Below are positions 1 to 11,454 of a stretch of 33,071 bases of DNA, piece after piece. Below the pieces are notes generated by a model. The model was given only the letters and a program-made list of their open reading frames with translations, searched no databases and was not told the DNA's origin. The stretch lies in NCBI GenBank assembly GCA_965233585.1, contig CBDDTI010000477.1:1-33071 (forward strand), given 5' to 3'. Source of the DNA: a bacterium (GTDB taxonomy: Bacteria > SAR324 > NAC60-12). Made by a program: the position numbers and the translations under genes. Numbering within the stretch: the first letter of the stretch is position 1; each line of letters opens with the position of its first letter.

Positions 1-330
1 TTAGATAGAAAAAATTCATCCAAAAAAAACCTTAAAAAAGAGTCAGTAAGGTAAATTAGGTAGGGAAAGCATTCATCAGGGAAAGAGTTAGTCAAAGAAA
101 GAATTCGTCAGGAAAGTTTTAGTCAAAGAAGGGTTTGTTAAGGAGAGAGTTAGTTAGGGAAAGAGTTCATCAGGAAAATAATTAGTCAAAGAAAGAGTTA
201 GTGAGGGAGAGAGTTAGGGGCAGAATTTTTTTGTCACTTTTAGATTGTCAGGAAAGAGAGCTAGTCAAAAGAAGAAACAAAATAAATTGCAACTTTTAGA
301 ATGTCAGGAAAGACGTAGTCAAAAAAAGAG
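1..330. repeat. Degenerate purine-rich ~19-bp tandem repeat (GAGTTAGTCAGGAAAGA-like)
   Basis: Recurring variants such as agagttagtcaaagaa, gagttagttagggaaa and gttcatcaggaaa from the window start to ~330. Confidence 0.75.
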
Positions 331-341
331 TGAGAATGGCT

Positions 342-810
342 TTGCAAGTGGTGCTGGTGGAGGAGTTGCCAATGGAGTCTTGATGGAAGTCTCGCACGAA
401 ATCCGTTTTTCAGAGATAGAAGATGCACCGTATTTTTTCCATAGACAGTCCGTCCCCGAACCTCACTGATCTACCTTTGTGGTGCGACGGTTGCGAGACA
501 GCTTTGTGTGTGGTCGGATCATGGTCGGATCGGTTCCGCACCTGTTTTCGTGCACGTTCGGTCCACAGAATTCCATCGTGATTTGATCACTCCTGCAATG
601 TAAATGGGATTGCAAGTGGTGCTGGTGGATGAGTTCCCGATGGAATTTGACTGTGCTTTTGTTTGTCCTTTTAGGATCCAGGTGGTATTAGTGGAGGAGT
701 TGCCAATGGAGTTTTGAAGAATGTCTTCCATGAAATGCGTTTTTGAGAGATGGCAGATGAATGAAAACCTATGTTTTCCACACAAAGTGCGTCCCGAACC
801 CAATGATCTA
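342..810 (+). repeat. Diverged direct repeat GTGGTGCTGGTGGAGGAGTTGCCAATGGAG...CCGAACC..TGATCTA
   Basis: Copies at ~342-472 and ~682-810, plus a partial copy at ~611-648. Confidence 0.7.
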
Positions 811-1109
811 CACGCCGAAATAGAAAATATATCCTAAAAAATAACTTTCGCCACATTCATGCAGCGATTCCAGTATGATCTAGGAAGTCCAGCCACAGCA
901 CGAAGCAACCTGGACGCAGCCATTCACTTGCATTTTATTGGCAATGCCATTTGCATTGGGGGAACGATCCTACAGTTGCAAATCACAATGGACTTCTGTC
1001 GACCGCACATGTATCAAAAAAAGTTGAAACCCCAGTCACAATGCGGAACCGATCCGACCGTTAACCGATGGAACGAAAGTGTCCCGCGTGTTTTGTGTCT
1101 AAAAATCCT

Positions 1110-2225
1110 TTGAAGGGTGATTCAAAATTATTTTTTCGCGCTTGCTTTGAAATAGATCCGCTTTTGGACCAATCGCCGTTGCGCGTACTTCTATTGTGTT
1201 TTTTGCAACCCAGTCTCTGCAGATCGCTAGGCAATGGCCCCGTCAATGTTTCTTCGTGCTTTTTCTGCATTCGTAAAAACTATTGTCTTTTGCATGTGGG
1301 CTTCGTGAATGAAATTGGGTTGTTGCTTGATATCTGCCACAGTGATTTGTCAGCAGATGTTTTCCATTGAGACGCTAGTGATTTTCCTTGAAAAATTCTT
1401 TTAAAAAGCGGTTCAAAATCGTCTTTCTTTCGCTAATGCGTCGAGATCCGTTTTGGAGCTACGATTTCCGACGCCTTTGCGCGTAGTGCTTTGTGTTTGC
1501 AACATAATTTCCCCCGATCGCATGATAATGGCTACGTCAAGGTTGCTTCATGCTGTGGCTTCATTCGTAATACTATTATGTTTTGCAGCTTGACTTCGAC
1601 AAAAATTTTATGTGTTGGAGTGCGTGCAGAAAGCTGCGACAATGATTCAAAATATTTCCCCTTTTGGCGCTTGTTATTTTTCTTTCAAACTCTTTCCAAA
1701 ATTGCTTCACTATTGTCCTTTTCCCCTTGCGTTGAAATCCAGTTTTGGTGCTACAGTTTCCGACACCGTTGCCCAGTTGCTTCGTTCTGTGGCTGCATTG
1801 GTAATATTATTTTCTTTTGCAGCTGGAACTCCTACATCGTATTTGAGTGGCTGGATGAAGGCTGCGACATTGCTTTGTTGCCATATATTTTCCATTTTGC
1901 CGCTAGTGATTTCAAATTCTTTGGAACAATGCTTCAAAATGGCTTCTTTTCGCTCTCGCGTCAAGATCCGTCCGGTTTTGGAGCCACGATTTTCATCGCC
2001 GTTGCGCGTAGTTCTACTGTGTTTTGCGATTCAATCTCTGCTGATCCCATTGTCGTGGCTGCGTCGAGGTTGCTTGGTGCTGTGGCTGCATTCGTAATAT
2101 TATTTTTTTGCAGCTTGATCTCGTACATTGTCTTGGCGTTGCTGCATGAAGGCTGCGAAATGGATTTGTTAGAAAATTTTGTTTATTTGGCACTAGTATT
2201 TTTTTTTGTTTCACGTAGGTTTTAG
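1110..2225. repeat. Old diverged tandem repeat, ~230-290 bp period, about 4 units
   Basis: Anchor gatccg..ttttggagctacgattt at ~1154, 1445, 1736 and 1964; anchor gcattcgtaata..att at ~1268, 1562, 1795 and 2088. Confidence 0.65.
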
Positions 2226-2239
2226 AGCATTGTGAAGTC

Positions 2240-2885
2240 TAAGGCCTAAGAGCGCAGCGTGAAGTGTGTGAAGTGTGGAGGAAGAAATGGGAAGTGTGAA
2301 GTGTGGAGTGTGAAATGCGGAGTGTGAAGTTTAAGTTTGGAGTGCGTAGAGGGCAGTGTGAAGTGTGCAGTGTGAGGCTCGGAGTGTGGAGGAAGCAAGC
2401 AGTGAGAATTGAGAAGTTTGAAGTGTTGCGTTTGAAATGTGGAGTGTGAAGTTCAAGTTTGGAGTGCGAAGAGCCCAGTGTGAAGTGTGAAGTATGAGGT
2501 GTTGAGTGTGAAGGAAGCAGTGCGGAGTGAGAAGTGTGGAGTGTCAAGTTTGAAGTTTGGAGTGCAAAGAGTGCAGTGTGAGGTCTGCAGTTTGAGGTTT
2601 CGAGTGTGAAGGAAGCAGTGAAAAGTTTGAAGTTTGGAGTGTAGAATGTGGAGTGTGAAGTTCAAGTTCGGGGTGCGAAGAGCCGTGTGTGAAGTATGAA
2701 GTATGAGGTTTGAAGTGTGAGAGGAGAGAAGCAGTGCGGAGTGAAAAGTGTGGATTGTCAAGTTTGAAGTTTGGTGTGCGAAGAGTGCAGTGTGGAGGGA
2801 AGGACAAGGCCCGGACAGGTTGTTTTTGAACTATAGGTCATTTATTTTTGGGAAACTTTTGCCACTTGCTTGACGCGTCTATGTT
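2240..2885 (+). repeat. GTGTGAA/GTGTGGA heptamer-based low-complexity array ending in a fixed terminal motif
   Basis: Heptamer variants from 2255 to 2795 with a higher-order period of ~120 bp. It ends ...gggaaacttttgccacttgcttgacgcgtctatg, which resembles the terminus at 25220-25255 read on the minus strand (gaaacttccgccatcgccttgtgcggtactactgg). Confidence 0.75.
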
Positions 2886-3002
2886 TGTTGTATGTTTATT
2901 TATATATTTTGGGTATGGGAGTGGTATGCGCGTATTTTATGAGTAGATATTAATTGTAAAAATGAAATCTGATTAAGTTATTTGCGCAAAAATAATTGTA
3001 TA

Positions 3003-3083
3003 AGTCGCCGGCCAGAGGACGCAGCAGGAAGCAAGCGGGAATACACAATCCAAAGCCCGAACCCCGCACAAAGATAGAGGGAA
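3003..3083 (-). mobile_element. Conserved element terminus (..CAAAGCCCGAACCCCGCACAAAGATAGAGGGAA), probable 5' end of a minus-strand element
   Basis: Near-identical motif at 5436-5513, AT-eroded copy at 27025-27103, related inverted copy at 11891-11957. Confidence 0.65.
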
Positions 3084-3109
3084 TTACACAAGTAGCAATG
3101 ATAAAAAGC

Positions 3110-4147
3110 ACAAATAAGATATCATGGAATTCAAATCACTGACAGAATAAGTAAGTCAAACAAAGATGTTCATTGCAGAAGACGCTTGGAAAAATTTTGA
3201 AAAAAACAACTAACTTTTTTTTGGAAAACACCATGCTCTCAAAAGATTTTCATCTTAGAAGACGCTTGGAAGTTAAATAGAAAAGCTTGGACAAAATTAT
3301 CGTTTTTCAAAACGCCACCCTCTTACAGGAGTCTCATCTTAGGAGAGGCTTGAAACAATTTTGATGGAAAAAATGGAAGAAAATCAATGTTTCTCAAAAC
3401 ACCATGCTTTCAAAAAAATCTTGTCCTAGATGTCGCTTGGAACAGTATTGACGGAAAAATTGGGAGACAAATACCGTTTTTTTTCCAAACACAAAAAAAT
3501 CATCTTAGATTTTTTTGGATTTTTCTGATAAGAAAACCTTGAGAAAACCACCTTTTTTTTCGATTCCTTTTGTTCTTCAAAATTCTCAACTTAAAAGCGT
3601 CTTGGAACAATTCTGATCGAAAAATTTGGAGGACATCACAATTTTTCAAAACACCATGCTCTGAAACGATTCTCATCTTAGAAACGCCTCGGCACAGTTC
3701 TGATGGAAAGATTGGGGGTAAATCGCCGATTTTTCAATATACCAGGCCCCTCAAAGATTCCCATCTTAGAAGTTTCTTGCAACTTTTTTTGCGACAAAAA
3801 CGATGCTCTGAAAGGATTCTTTCTCATCAAAGAAATAACTTGGAACAATTGTGATAGAAAAATTGGGATGCCATCACCGTTTTTCCAACCGTCATGTTCT
3901 TAACAGATTCTCACTTTAAAAGAAAGCAGAACATCGACACTTCAGCCTGTGTTGCAGTTGGCTCTCTTAAGAAGACTAGTTACTTATTTCCTAAGAAAAT
4001 ATAAGTTTTCGAAGCAGTGTTGATCGAAAAACTGGGAGAAAATCCTTTGATACAAGAAAAATGGGGTCAACCATCTTTTTCTTGCCGTTTACAAGATGAA
4101 GAGTTTCATGGTTTATCAAGACGCCATGTTCTTAAAAAGTTCTCATC
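3110..4147 (+). repeat. ~86-bp AT-rich satellite array (copy 1) with unique leader
   Basis: Unit tcttggaacaattttgatagaaaaattgggagaaaatcaccgtttttcaaaacaccatgctctcaaaagattctcatcttagaa; collinear with 10019-11025. Confidence 0.85.
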
Positions 4148-4149
4148 TA

Positions 4150-4825
4150 TACCTACCAACCTACGTAGGTACATACATACCACACCCAACCCACCCCACA
4201 GGGGGGCTGGGCAGCATGTGTACACCTTGCGTGATAGCTGGATTCCAGGGAGGTAGTACACCCAATCCCAGGAACCATCCCCATCGCATACATACATACG
4301 TACGTAACATACATACACATATAAATATATACAAACATACATGAACCTACGTAAGTACATACATACTACACCCAACCCACCCCACAGGGCGGGGGCGGGG
4401 AACAAAAGGTACCTTGCATGATAGTTGGATTCCAGGGAGGTAGTACACCTAATCCTAGGAAAAGCCCCGTCGCATTTATACATACATACGCACGTACGTA
4501 ACATTCATACACATATACATGCATACATACATACATAAACCTACTTAGGTACATACATACTACACCCAACCCACCCCATAGTTGGATTCCAGGAGGTAGT
4601 ACACCCAATCCGAGGAACCACCCCCCATCGAATACATACATACATACATACGTACGTAACATGCATAAAGATATGAACACATAGATACATAAATAAACCT
4701 ACGTGGTTACATACATACTACACCCAACCCATCCCATAGTTGGATTCCAGGGAAGTAGTACACCCAATCCTAGGAACGATCCCCATCGTGGGGATGAGAG
4801 GGGGTTGCAGGCCTGTACCATATTT
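4150..4825 (+). repeat. Four-unit ~160-190 bp tandem repeat with (TACA)n tracts, inserted into or truncating the satellite
   Basis: aacctacgtaggtacatacatac.acacccaacc at ~4158, 4344, 4538 and 4696; ends at the hairpin ccccatcgtgggg followed by ..gcaggcctgtaccatat. Confidence 0.85.
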
Positions 4826-4914
4826 ATATGTATATATTTTAAAAAAACATACGGAAAACATATTATGTTTAAAAACCAAAAATGCTTATATATATATATA
4901 TTTTTCAAATTTAT

Positions 4915-5513
4915 AAACACCATACCTGCCACATAATATAGAAGTCAATATTACCAAATAACATATATTCCAAATAGAACATATATTTATACTACCAAAG
5001 TCAAGATTTATCCCACCAAATAACACTAAATGTCATCAAATACCATACCTTCCATACAATTACCCGCGACGACCATGGCGCCAAACAAAACCCAAGCCGC
5101 TATCACACAAAATCAAGATCAATGCCACCAAGTAATACATAAGGTATAATAATTAACGTATTATATATAGGGTATGCGTGAGTAAATATGGGGTGGTGTG
5201 TGAATGAGTTGTGGGTAAGCATGTTGTGCGTGAGTAAATTATGTACTAGTTCTATGCGAGTAAGTTGTGTGTGTACGTGTTGCGTGTGAATGTTATGTGT
5301 GTGTATATTGTGTGCGATGGTTAAAAATATAAGTAATATCCGTGTGGGTGACAGTTGCGTGTAAGTAAGTTGTATGTATGTGAAAATTGTGCCCAAGGTG
5401 TTTGATTAATTTGAATATAAGCGTTATTTGTATAAGTCGCTGGCCAGAGGACGCAGCAGGAAGCAACCGGGAACACACAATCAAAAGCACGAACCCCGCA
5501 CAAAGATAGGGGC
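4915..5513 (-). mobile_element. Non-coding dispersed element with TG-rich core and conserved terminus
   Basis: The whole ~600 bp block is paralogous to 26510-27103; its terminus matches 3003-3083. Confidence 0.6.
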
Positions 5514-5689
5514 AAGTAGCAATTAAAAACTAGACGACGGATGGCCCAAGAGCGTAGAGGAGCAGGGTCTTCTTTTGTTAGTATGGAGACACAATTTTAC
5601 AAACAATATATGAAAGATGTGTTATAGGCAGTCGAGAAGAGGAGTAGCAAGACAAAATAGTGAGAAGTGCAAAACAATAGTTTGCATCG

Positions 5690-6225
5690 CAAACACTTTT
5701 ACACACAGACGCTTTTACACACAAAAGCTTTTTTTTACACACAGAAGCTTTTACACACAGAAGCTTTTACACAGAGACTATTACACACAAAGCTTTTACC
5801 CACAGAAGCTTTTACATATAGACGCTTTTACACACAGATGTTTTTACACACAGACGCTTTTTACACGGACACTTTTACACACACACACACACGTTTACAC
5901 ACAGACACTTTTACACACAGACCTTTTTACACACAGGAGCTGCTTTTACACACAAACGCTTTGACACACAGAAGCTTTTACACATAGACGCTTTTACACA
6001 CAGGCACTTTTACACACAAACACTTTTACATACAAACACTTTTACACACAAACACTTTTACACACAGATGCTTTTACACGCAGACGCTTGTACACACAGA
6101 AGCTTTTACACACAAACACTTTTACGCAGAAACACTTTACACACAGACGCTTTTACACACAGACGGCTTTACACACAAGCGCTTTTACACACAATCACTT
6201 GTACACACAGACGCTTTTACACAGA
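5690..6225 (+). repeat. ~19-bp minisatellite (TTTTACACACAGACGC-like)
   Basis: Dozens of ttttacacacagac/aagc units; source of the spurious THR/YTQ ORFs. Confidence 0.9.
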
Positions 6226-6291
6226 GGCCTGCCAATGTACTCACAGCGAAGTCATCGTTGTCGTGGCGACCTCAGCAATCGGACGGGGTGG

Positions 6292-7843
6292 TGTGGCGAA
6301 GTCCTATTTCCATGTGCCTCGGAACCAGCATGTATAAACATGTCATGCAAGCTATGTGCTTTGTGGCCCCCCAACCAAGGTGGTTTGCCATCTCTTGAAA
6401 AAAAGTATAAACGGGCGGACCTGGCAGGCGGTGACCGTTTCTGGGCTGGGACACGCACAGTATTACAATATGATATATGTTGTTCTTTATGGGTTTAGGG
6501 TCCTGACTCCTGACTGTGACTGGAATTGAAACTCTTATCTTAACACTCATACATCCATCTCTATATTTTAACACTCATACATCCATCTCTATATCATATC
6601 TCTAGCTCTATCTCAATAAAAAAATATATCGATGTGTCTCTTTGTGGTAGCAGCTTATCCAGGTAATCCATCCCATCCCGGGGCCCTGACTCGATGCAAA
6701 CCTAGCTGCACAGACAAACAATGCGGACACGCAAAGCATTCAAGGACTATGATTAATGACTGTGACAGATCACATTCAGCGATGTCACGGCACAACTATA
6801 TGCGCAAAAGGAATGGGCAGCTTTATTGCTCTTCTATGGAGTCTCAGACCGTTCTGCTTGACTCACGCCGATACACTATGGTGAGACAGGATGCACTATG
6901 GTGAAACTGAATGTCTCAAGCAAAGATGCGTGCATCAGCAAGTCTCAGACAGTTCTGGTTGAGCCAAAAATTATCATAGATTCAATTGGGGGGAGGTAAC
7001 AATAGATGTACCATGGCTCATGGCAAGGCCATGGTTCACCATCACCTCCATTGAAAATTATACGACCTGAGGAGGAGCCTGGACACGTATACCTTATATC
7101 GTGTGTGCATGTGTCGATGATGGCGTGGCGAAGTCCCATTTCCATGTGAACCGGAAGAAAAAGGAAATGATGTGACTCGAAACCAGCATGTATAAAGATG
7201 TCATGAGGGCTGTGTGCTTTGGGCCCCCCAACCAAGGTGGTTTGCCATCTCCCCAAAAAGAAGTATAAACCGGCGGACCTGGCAGGCCGCGAACGTTTCT
7301 GGGCTGGGACAAGCACAGTATTACAATATGATATAATGGGATGGCCCTTGTGCCCCTTTCCATGTGCTTTTTGGGTTTAGGGTCCTGACTCCTGACTGTG
7401 ACTTCAATTGAAACTCTTATCTTAACACTCATACATCCATCTCTATATATTAACACTCATACATCCAACTCTATATCATATCTCTAGCTCTATCCCAATA
7501 TAAAATATATCGATTTGTGTCTTTGTGGTAGCAGCTTATCCAGGTAATCCATCCCATCCCGGGGCCCTGACTCGATGCAAACCTAGCTGCGCAGACAAAC
7601 AATGCGGACCTGCAAAGCATTCAAGGACTATGACTAATAACTGTGACAGATCACATTCAGTGATATCCCGGCACAACTATATGCGAAAAAAGAAATGACA
7701 GGTTTATTGATCTTCGATGGAGTCTCAGACCGTTCTGTTTGACTCACGCCGATGCACTATGGTGAGACAGGATGCACTATGGTGAAACTGAATGTCTCAA
7801 GCAAAGATGCGTGCATCAAAAAATCTCAGACAGTTCTGGTTGA
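6292..7843 (+). repeat. Tandem duplication of a ~670-720 bp complex segment
   Basis: Copy 1 ~6292-6962 and copy 2 ~7125-7843, both running from gtggcgaagtcc.atttccatgtg to tctcagacagttctggttga, separated by ~160 bp of unique sequence. Confidence 0.9.
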
Positions 7844-8214
7844 CTCATGCTGATACACATCTCATTTTCAAATCGTCTTTGCGCCAAAATGATTACATGT
7901 ATGCAAATGCTTGTGCCACCGGTGAGAGGTAAACGGAAATGCTTGCGGTCACGTTTGCTCGGACAGTTCCGGTAGCAAACAAACAAACGTTCGTGCCAAC
8001 CTCAGCAAGGAAATATTATGCTAATATGTTACCCACAAACTCCACAATCCAAAAATCAGTGAATCCCAATGTAACTTCATTAATCCATTCATATTTCTTT
8101 CAGGGTACAAGTAAGCATGCCTACTGAACATGCCAAGCAAACAAGTCAGGACTGCGTCAAACGGATGACCGGAAAACAAACATGCCAAAGAAAACAAAAC
8201 ATGTAAGCAAGGCT

Positions 8215-8830
8215 GCTTTCACACACACATTGCCGCTGTCACACAGAAACACCTTTTACACAGAAACCCTTCTGCACACACACCATTTTATACAGAGACG
8301 CTTTAAGACACAAACCTTTTACACACAGACACTTTTACACACAAAAGCTTTCACACACAGAGACTTCTACACAGATGTACTTCTACACACAAATACTTTT
8401 ACACACAAACATCTTTACACAGAAACACTCTTACACACAAACCCTTTTACACAGATACACTTTCACACACAAAAGCGTTGACGCACAAACACTTTTACAC
8501 AGTTGCACTTGTACACACGAACACTTTTACACGCAAACATCTTTACACCGAAACACTCCGACACACAAACACGTTTACACACAAACACTTCTACACACAG
8601 AAGCTTTTACACACAAACACGTTTAAACAGATGCAATTTTACATACAATCACTTTTACACACAAACATCTTTACACAGAAACACTCGTACACACAAACCC
8701 GTTTACACAAAAAGACTTTTACACACAGAAGGTTTTGCACACAAGACTTCTGCACAGATGCACTTGTACACACACAAACAATTTTACACACAAACATCTT
8801 TACACAGAAACGCTCGTACACACAAACCCC
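8215..8830 (+). repeat. ~19-bp minisatellite, second block
   Basis: Same ttttacacacaaac/acagaaac unit family as 5690-6225. Confidence 0.9.
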
Positions 8831-8837
8831 TTTTCCT

Positions 8838-9210
8838 GCGAAAGGATTACTCCAGCACACGAAAAATTGCAATTTTACCTCAGTTTTTGCCGATCGACCC
8901 TCATTTCGTGCGAAAAGGTTGCTCCGGCACACGAAAAATCGCAATTTTACCTCAGTTTTTGCCGATCGACCCTCATTTCGTGCGAAACGGTTGCTTCGGC
9001 ACACGAAAAATCGCAATTTTACCTCAGTTTTTGCCGATCGACCCTCATTTCGTGCGAAAGGGTTGCTCCAGGACAAGTAAAATCGCAACTTTACCTCAGT
9101 TTTTGCTGATCGACCCTCATTTCGTGCGAAAGGGTTGCTCCAGGACAAGTAAAATCGCAATTTTACCTCAGTTTTTGCTGATCGACCCTCATTTCGTGCG
9201 AAAGGGTTGC
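8838..9210 (+). repeat. 72-bp tandem repeat, about 5 units
   Basis: aaaatcgcaattttacctcagtttttgc.gatcgaccctcatttcgtgcgaaagggttgc at ~8863, 8935, 9007, 9079 and 9151. Confidence 0.92.
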
Positions 9211-9270
9211 GTTTCGTGCCGTCTCGTTTGCACTGCCCCTGCCCCCGCCTTCAGAAGAGAAATAGAAAAG

Positions 9271-9963
9271 AAGGAGAGAGCAAGAGGGCAAGAGGGCAAG
9301 AGGAGAAGATGTGAAGATGTGAGGATGTGAAGATGAGAAGATGTGAAGATGAGAAGATGTGAAAATGTGAAGATGTGAGGATGTGAAGATGAGAAGATGT
9401 GAGAAGATGTGAGAAGATGTGAGAAGATGAGAAGATGTGAAGATGAGAAGATGTGAAGATGTGAGGATGTGAAGATGAGAAGATGTGAAGATGAGAAGAT
9501 GTGAAGAAAGGAGAGAGCAAGAGGGCAAGAGGGCAAGAGGAGAAGATGTGAAGATGTGAGGATGTGAAGATGGGAAGATGTGAAGATGAGAAGATGTGAA
9601 GATGAGAAGATGTGAAGATGTGAGGATGTGAAGATGAGAAGATGTGAGAAGATGTGAGAAGATGTGAGAAGATGAGAAGATGTGAAGATGAGAAGATGTG
9701 AAGATGTGAGGATGTGAAGATGAGAAGATGTGAAGATGAGAAGATGTGAAGATGCGAAGATGTGAAGATGAGAAGATGTGAGAAGATGTGAGAAGATGTG
9801 AAGATGAGAAGATGAGAAGAAGATGGGAGGATGAGAAGATGTGAAGTTGAGAAAATGTGAAGATGTGAAGATGAGATGTGAAGAGGAGAAGATGTGAAGA
9901 TGAGAGGATGTGAAGATGAGATGTGAAGATGAGAAGAAGATGAGATGTGAAGATGAGAAGATG
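9271..9963 (+). repeat. AAGATGTG/AAGATGAG octamer array with a 237-bp higher-order duplication
   Basis: The header aaggagagagcaagagggcaagagggcaagaggagaag occurs at 9271 and 9508. Confidence 0.92.
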
Positions 9964-10018
9964 TTTTACAGACCCCTACTATTGGAAGAACCCTGCGCTC
10001 AGACGCTCTCGGGAAAAA

Positions 10019-11425
10019 CACAAATAACATATCATGGAAATCAAATCACTGATCGAATAAGTCAGACAAATATTTTCATTGTAGAAGACGCTTGGAACAG
10101 TTTTGAAAAAAATTGGGAGAAAGCAACCGTTTTTCAAAACACCATGCTCTCAAAAGATTCTCATCTTAGAAGACGCTTGGAACAGTTTTGATAGAAAAGC
10201 TTGGACAAAATTATCGTTTTTCAAAAACACCACGCTCTTACAGGAATCTCATCTTAGGAGAGGCTTGGAACAATTTTGATGGAAAAATGGAAGAAAATCA
10301 ATGTTTCTCAAAACACCATGCTCTCAAAAAAGTCTTGTCCTAGATGTCTCTTGGAACAATCTTGACGGAAAAATTGGGAGACAAATACCGGTTTTTTTCC
10401 AAACACCAAAAAATCATCTTAGATTTTTTTTAATTTTTCTGATAAGAAAACCTTGGGGAAAACAATTCTTTTTTTTCGATTCCTTCTGTTCGTCAAAATT
10501 CTCAACTTAAAAGTGTCTTGGAACAATTCTGATCGAAAAATTTGGAGGACATCACAATTTTTCAAAAACACCATGCTCTGAAACGATTCTCATCTTAGAA
10601 ACGCCTTGGCACAGTTCTGATAGAAAAATTGGGGGTAAGTCACCGATTTTTCAATACACCATGCCCCTCAAAGATTCCCATCTTAGAAGTTTCTTACAAC
10701 AATTTTTGCGACAAAAATTTGGGAGAAGATCACCTTTCTTCAAAACACCATTGCTCTGAAAGGATTCTCATCATAGAAATTTCTTGGAACAATTGTGACA
10801 GAAAAATTGGGAGACCATCACCGTTTTTCCAAACATCATGCTCTTAAGATTCTCATTTTAAAAGTTTTCGAAGCAATTTTGATCGAAAAATTGGGAGAAA
10901 ACCACCGTTTTTCAATTCAGAATGCTCTGATAGAAGAAAATGGGGTCAGCCATCGTTTTTTTGCTGTTAAAAGATGATGAGTTTCATCTTTTATCAAGAC
11001 ACCATGTTCTTAAAAGATTCTCATCTTTGAAATTCTTGGGTCAATTTTGATAGAAAAATTGGAAGAAAAATACCGTTTGTCAAAACCATTCTTTTAAACA
11101 CCATGCTCTTAAAAGATTCTTATCTTACAGCTTCCTTGGACCAATTTTGATAGAAAAATTGCGAAAACATCACCGTTTTTCAAAACACAATGTTCTTGAA
11201 AGATTTTTTATCTAACAGGTATTGCTCTGAAAAAATTCTCAATTTTGAAATGTTTTGAAACAATTTTGATAAAAACAAATTGGGAGAAAATCACCGTTTT
11301 TCAAAACGCCATGCTCTTAAAAGATTCTTATCCTTGAAATGTCTTGGAACAATTTTGATAGAAAAATTGGGAGAAAATCATCGTTTTTCAAAACATAATG
11401 TGCTTAAGAGATTCTCCCAATTTTT
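10019..11425 (+). repeat. ~86-bp satellite array (copy 2) with the same leader as copy 1
   Basis: cttggaac anchors at 10091, 10176, 10264, 10350 and onward; leader caaataacatatcatggaaatcaaatcactga matches ~3111-3142. Confidence 0.88.
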
Positions 11426-11454
11426 CTTTTAAAAATTAGAAATTTCTGAGGTGG

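Larger units (their letters stand above)
5530..10014 (-). mobile_element. Non-autonomous Helitron2/Helentron-like element, ~4.5 kb
   Basis: The minus strand starts TCCCGAGAGCGT.. at 10014 and ends ..ACGCTCTTGGGCCATCCGTCGTCTAG at 5530, followed by T. Imperfect inverted repeats lie at 5545-5572 and 9985-10013. The rejoined flanks match uninterrupted sequence at 3088-3127 and 27111-27155. Confidence 0.7.

Noticed and set aside
1491..2225. 244-aa hydrophobic ORF resembling a membrane protein
   Set aside because: Coincides with a diverged T-rich ~290-bp tandem repeat; non-ATG start and no recognisable motif.
6490..6500. Telomere-like ggtttaggg (also at ~7374-7382)
   Set aside because: A single unit per copy, not an array.
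8478..10030. ORFs of 170-275 aa (IAILPQFLPIDPHFVRKGC repeats; SSHLHIF repeats)
   Set aside because: Translations of the 19-bp, 72-bp and 8-bp tandem arrays.
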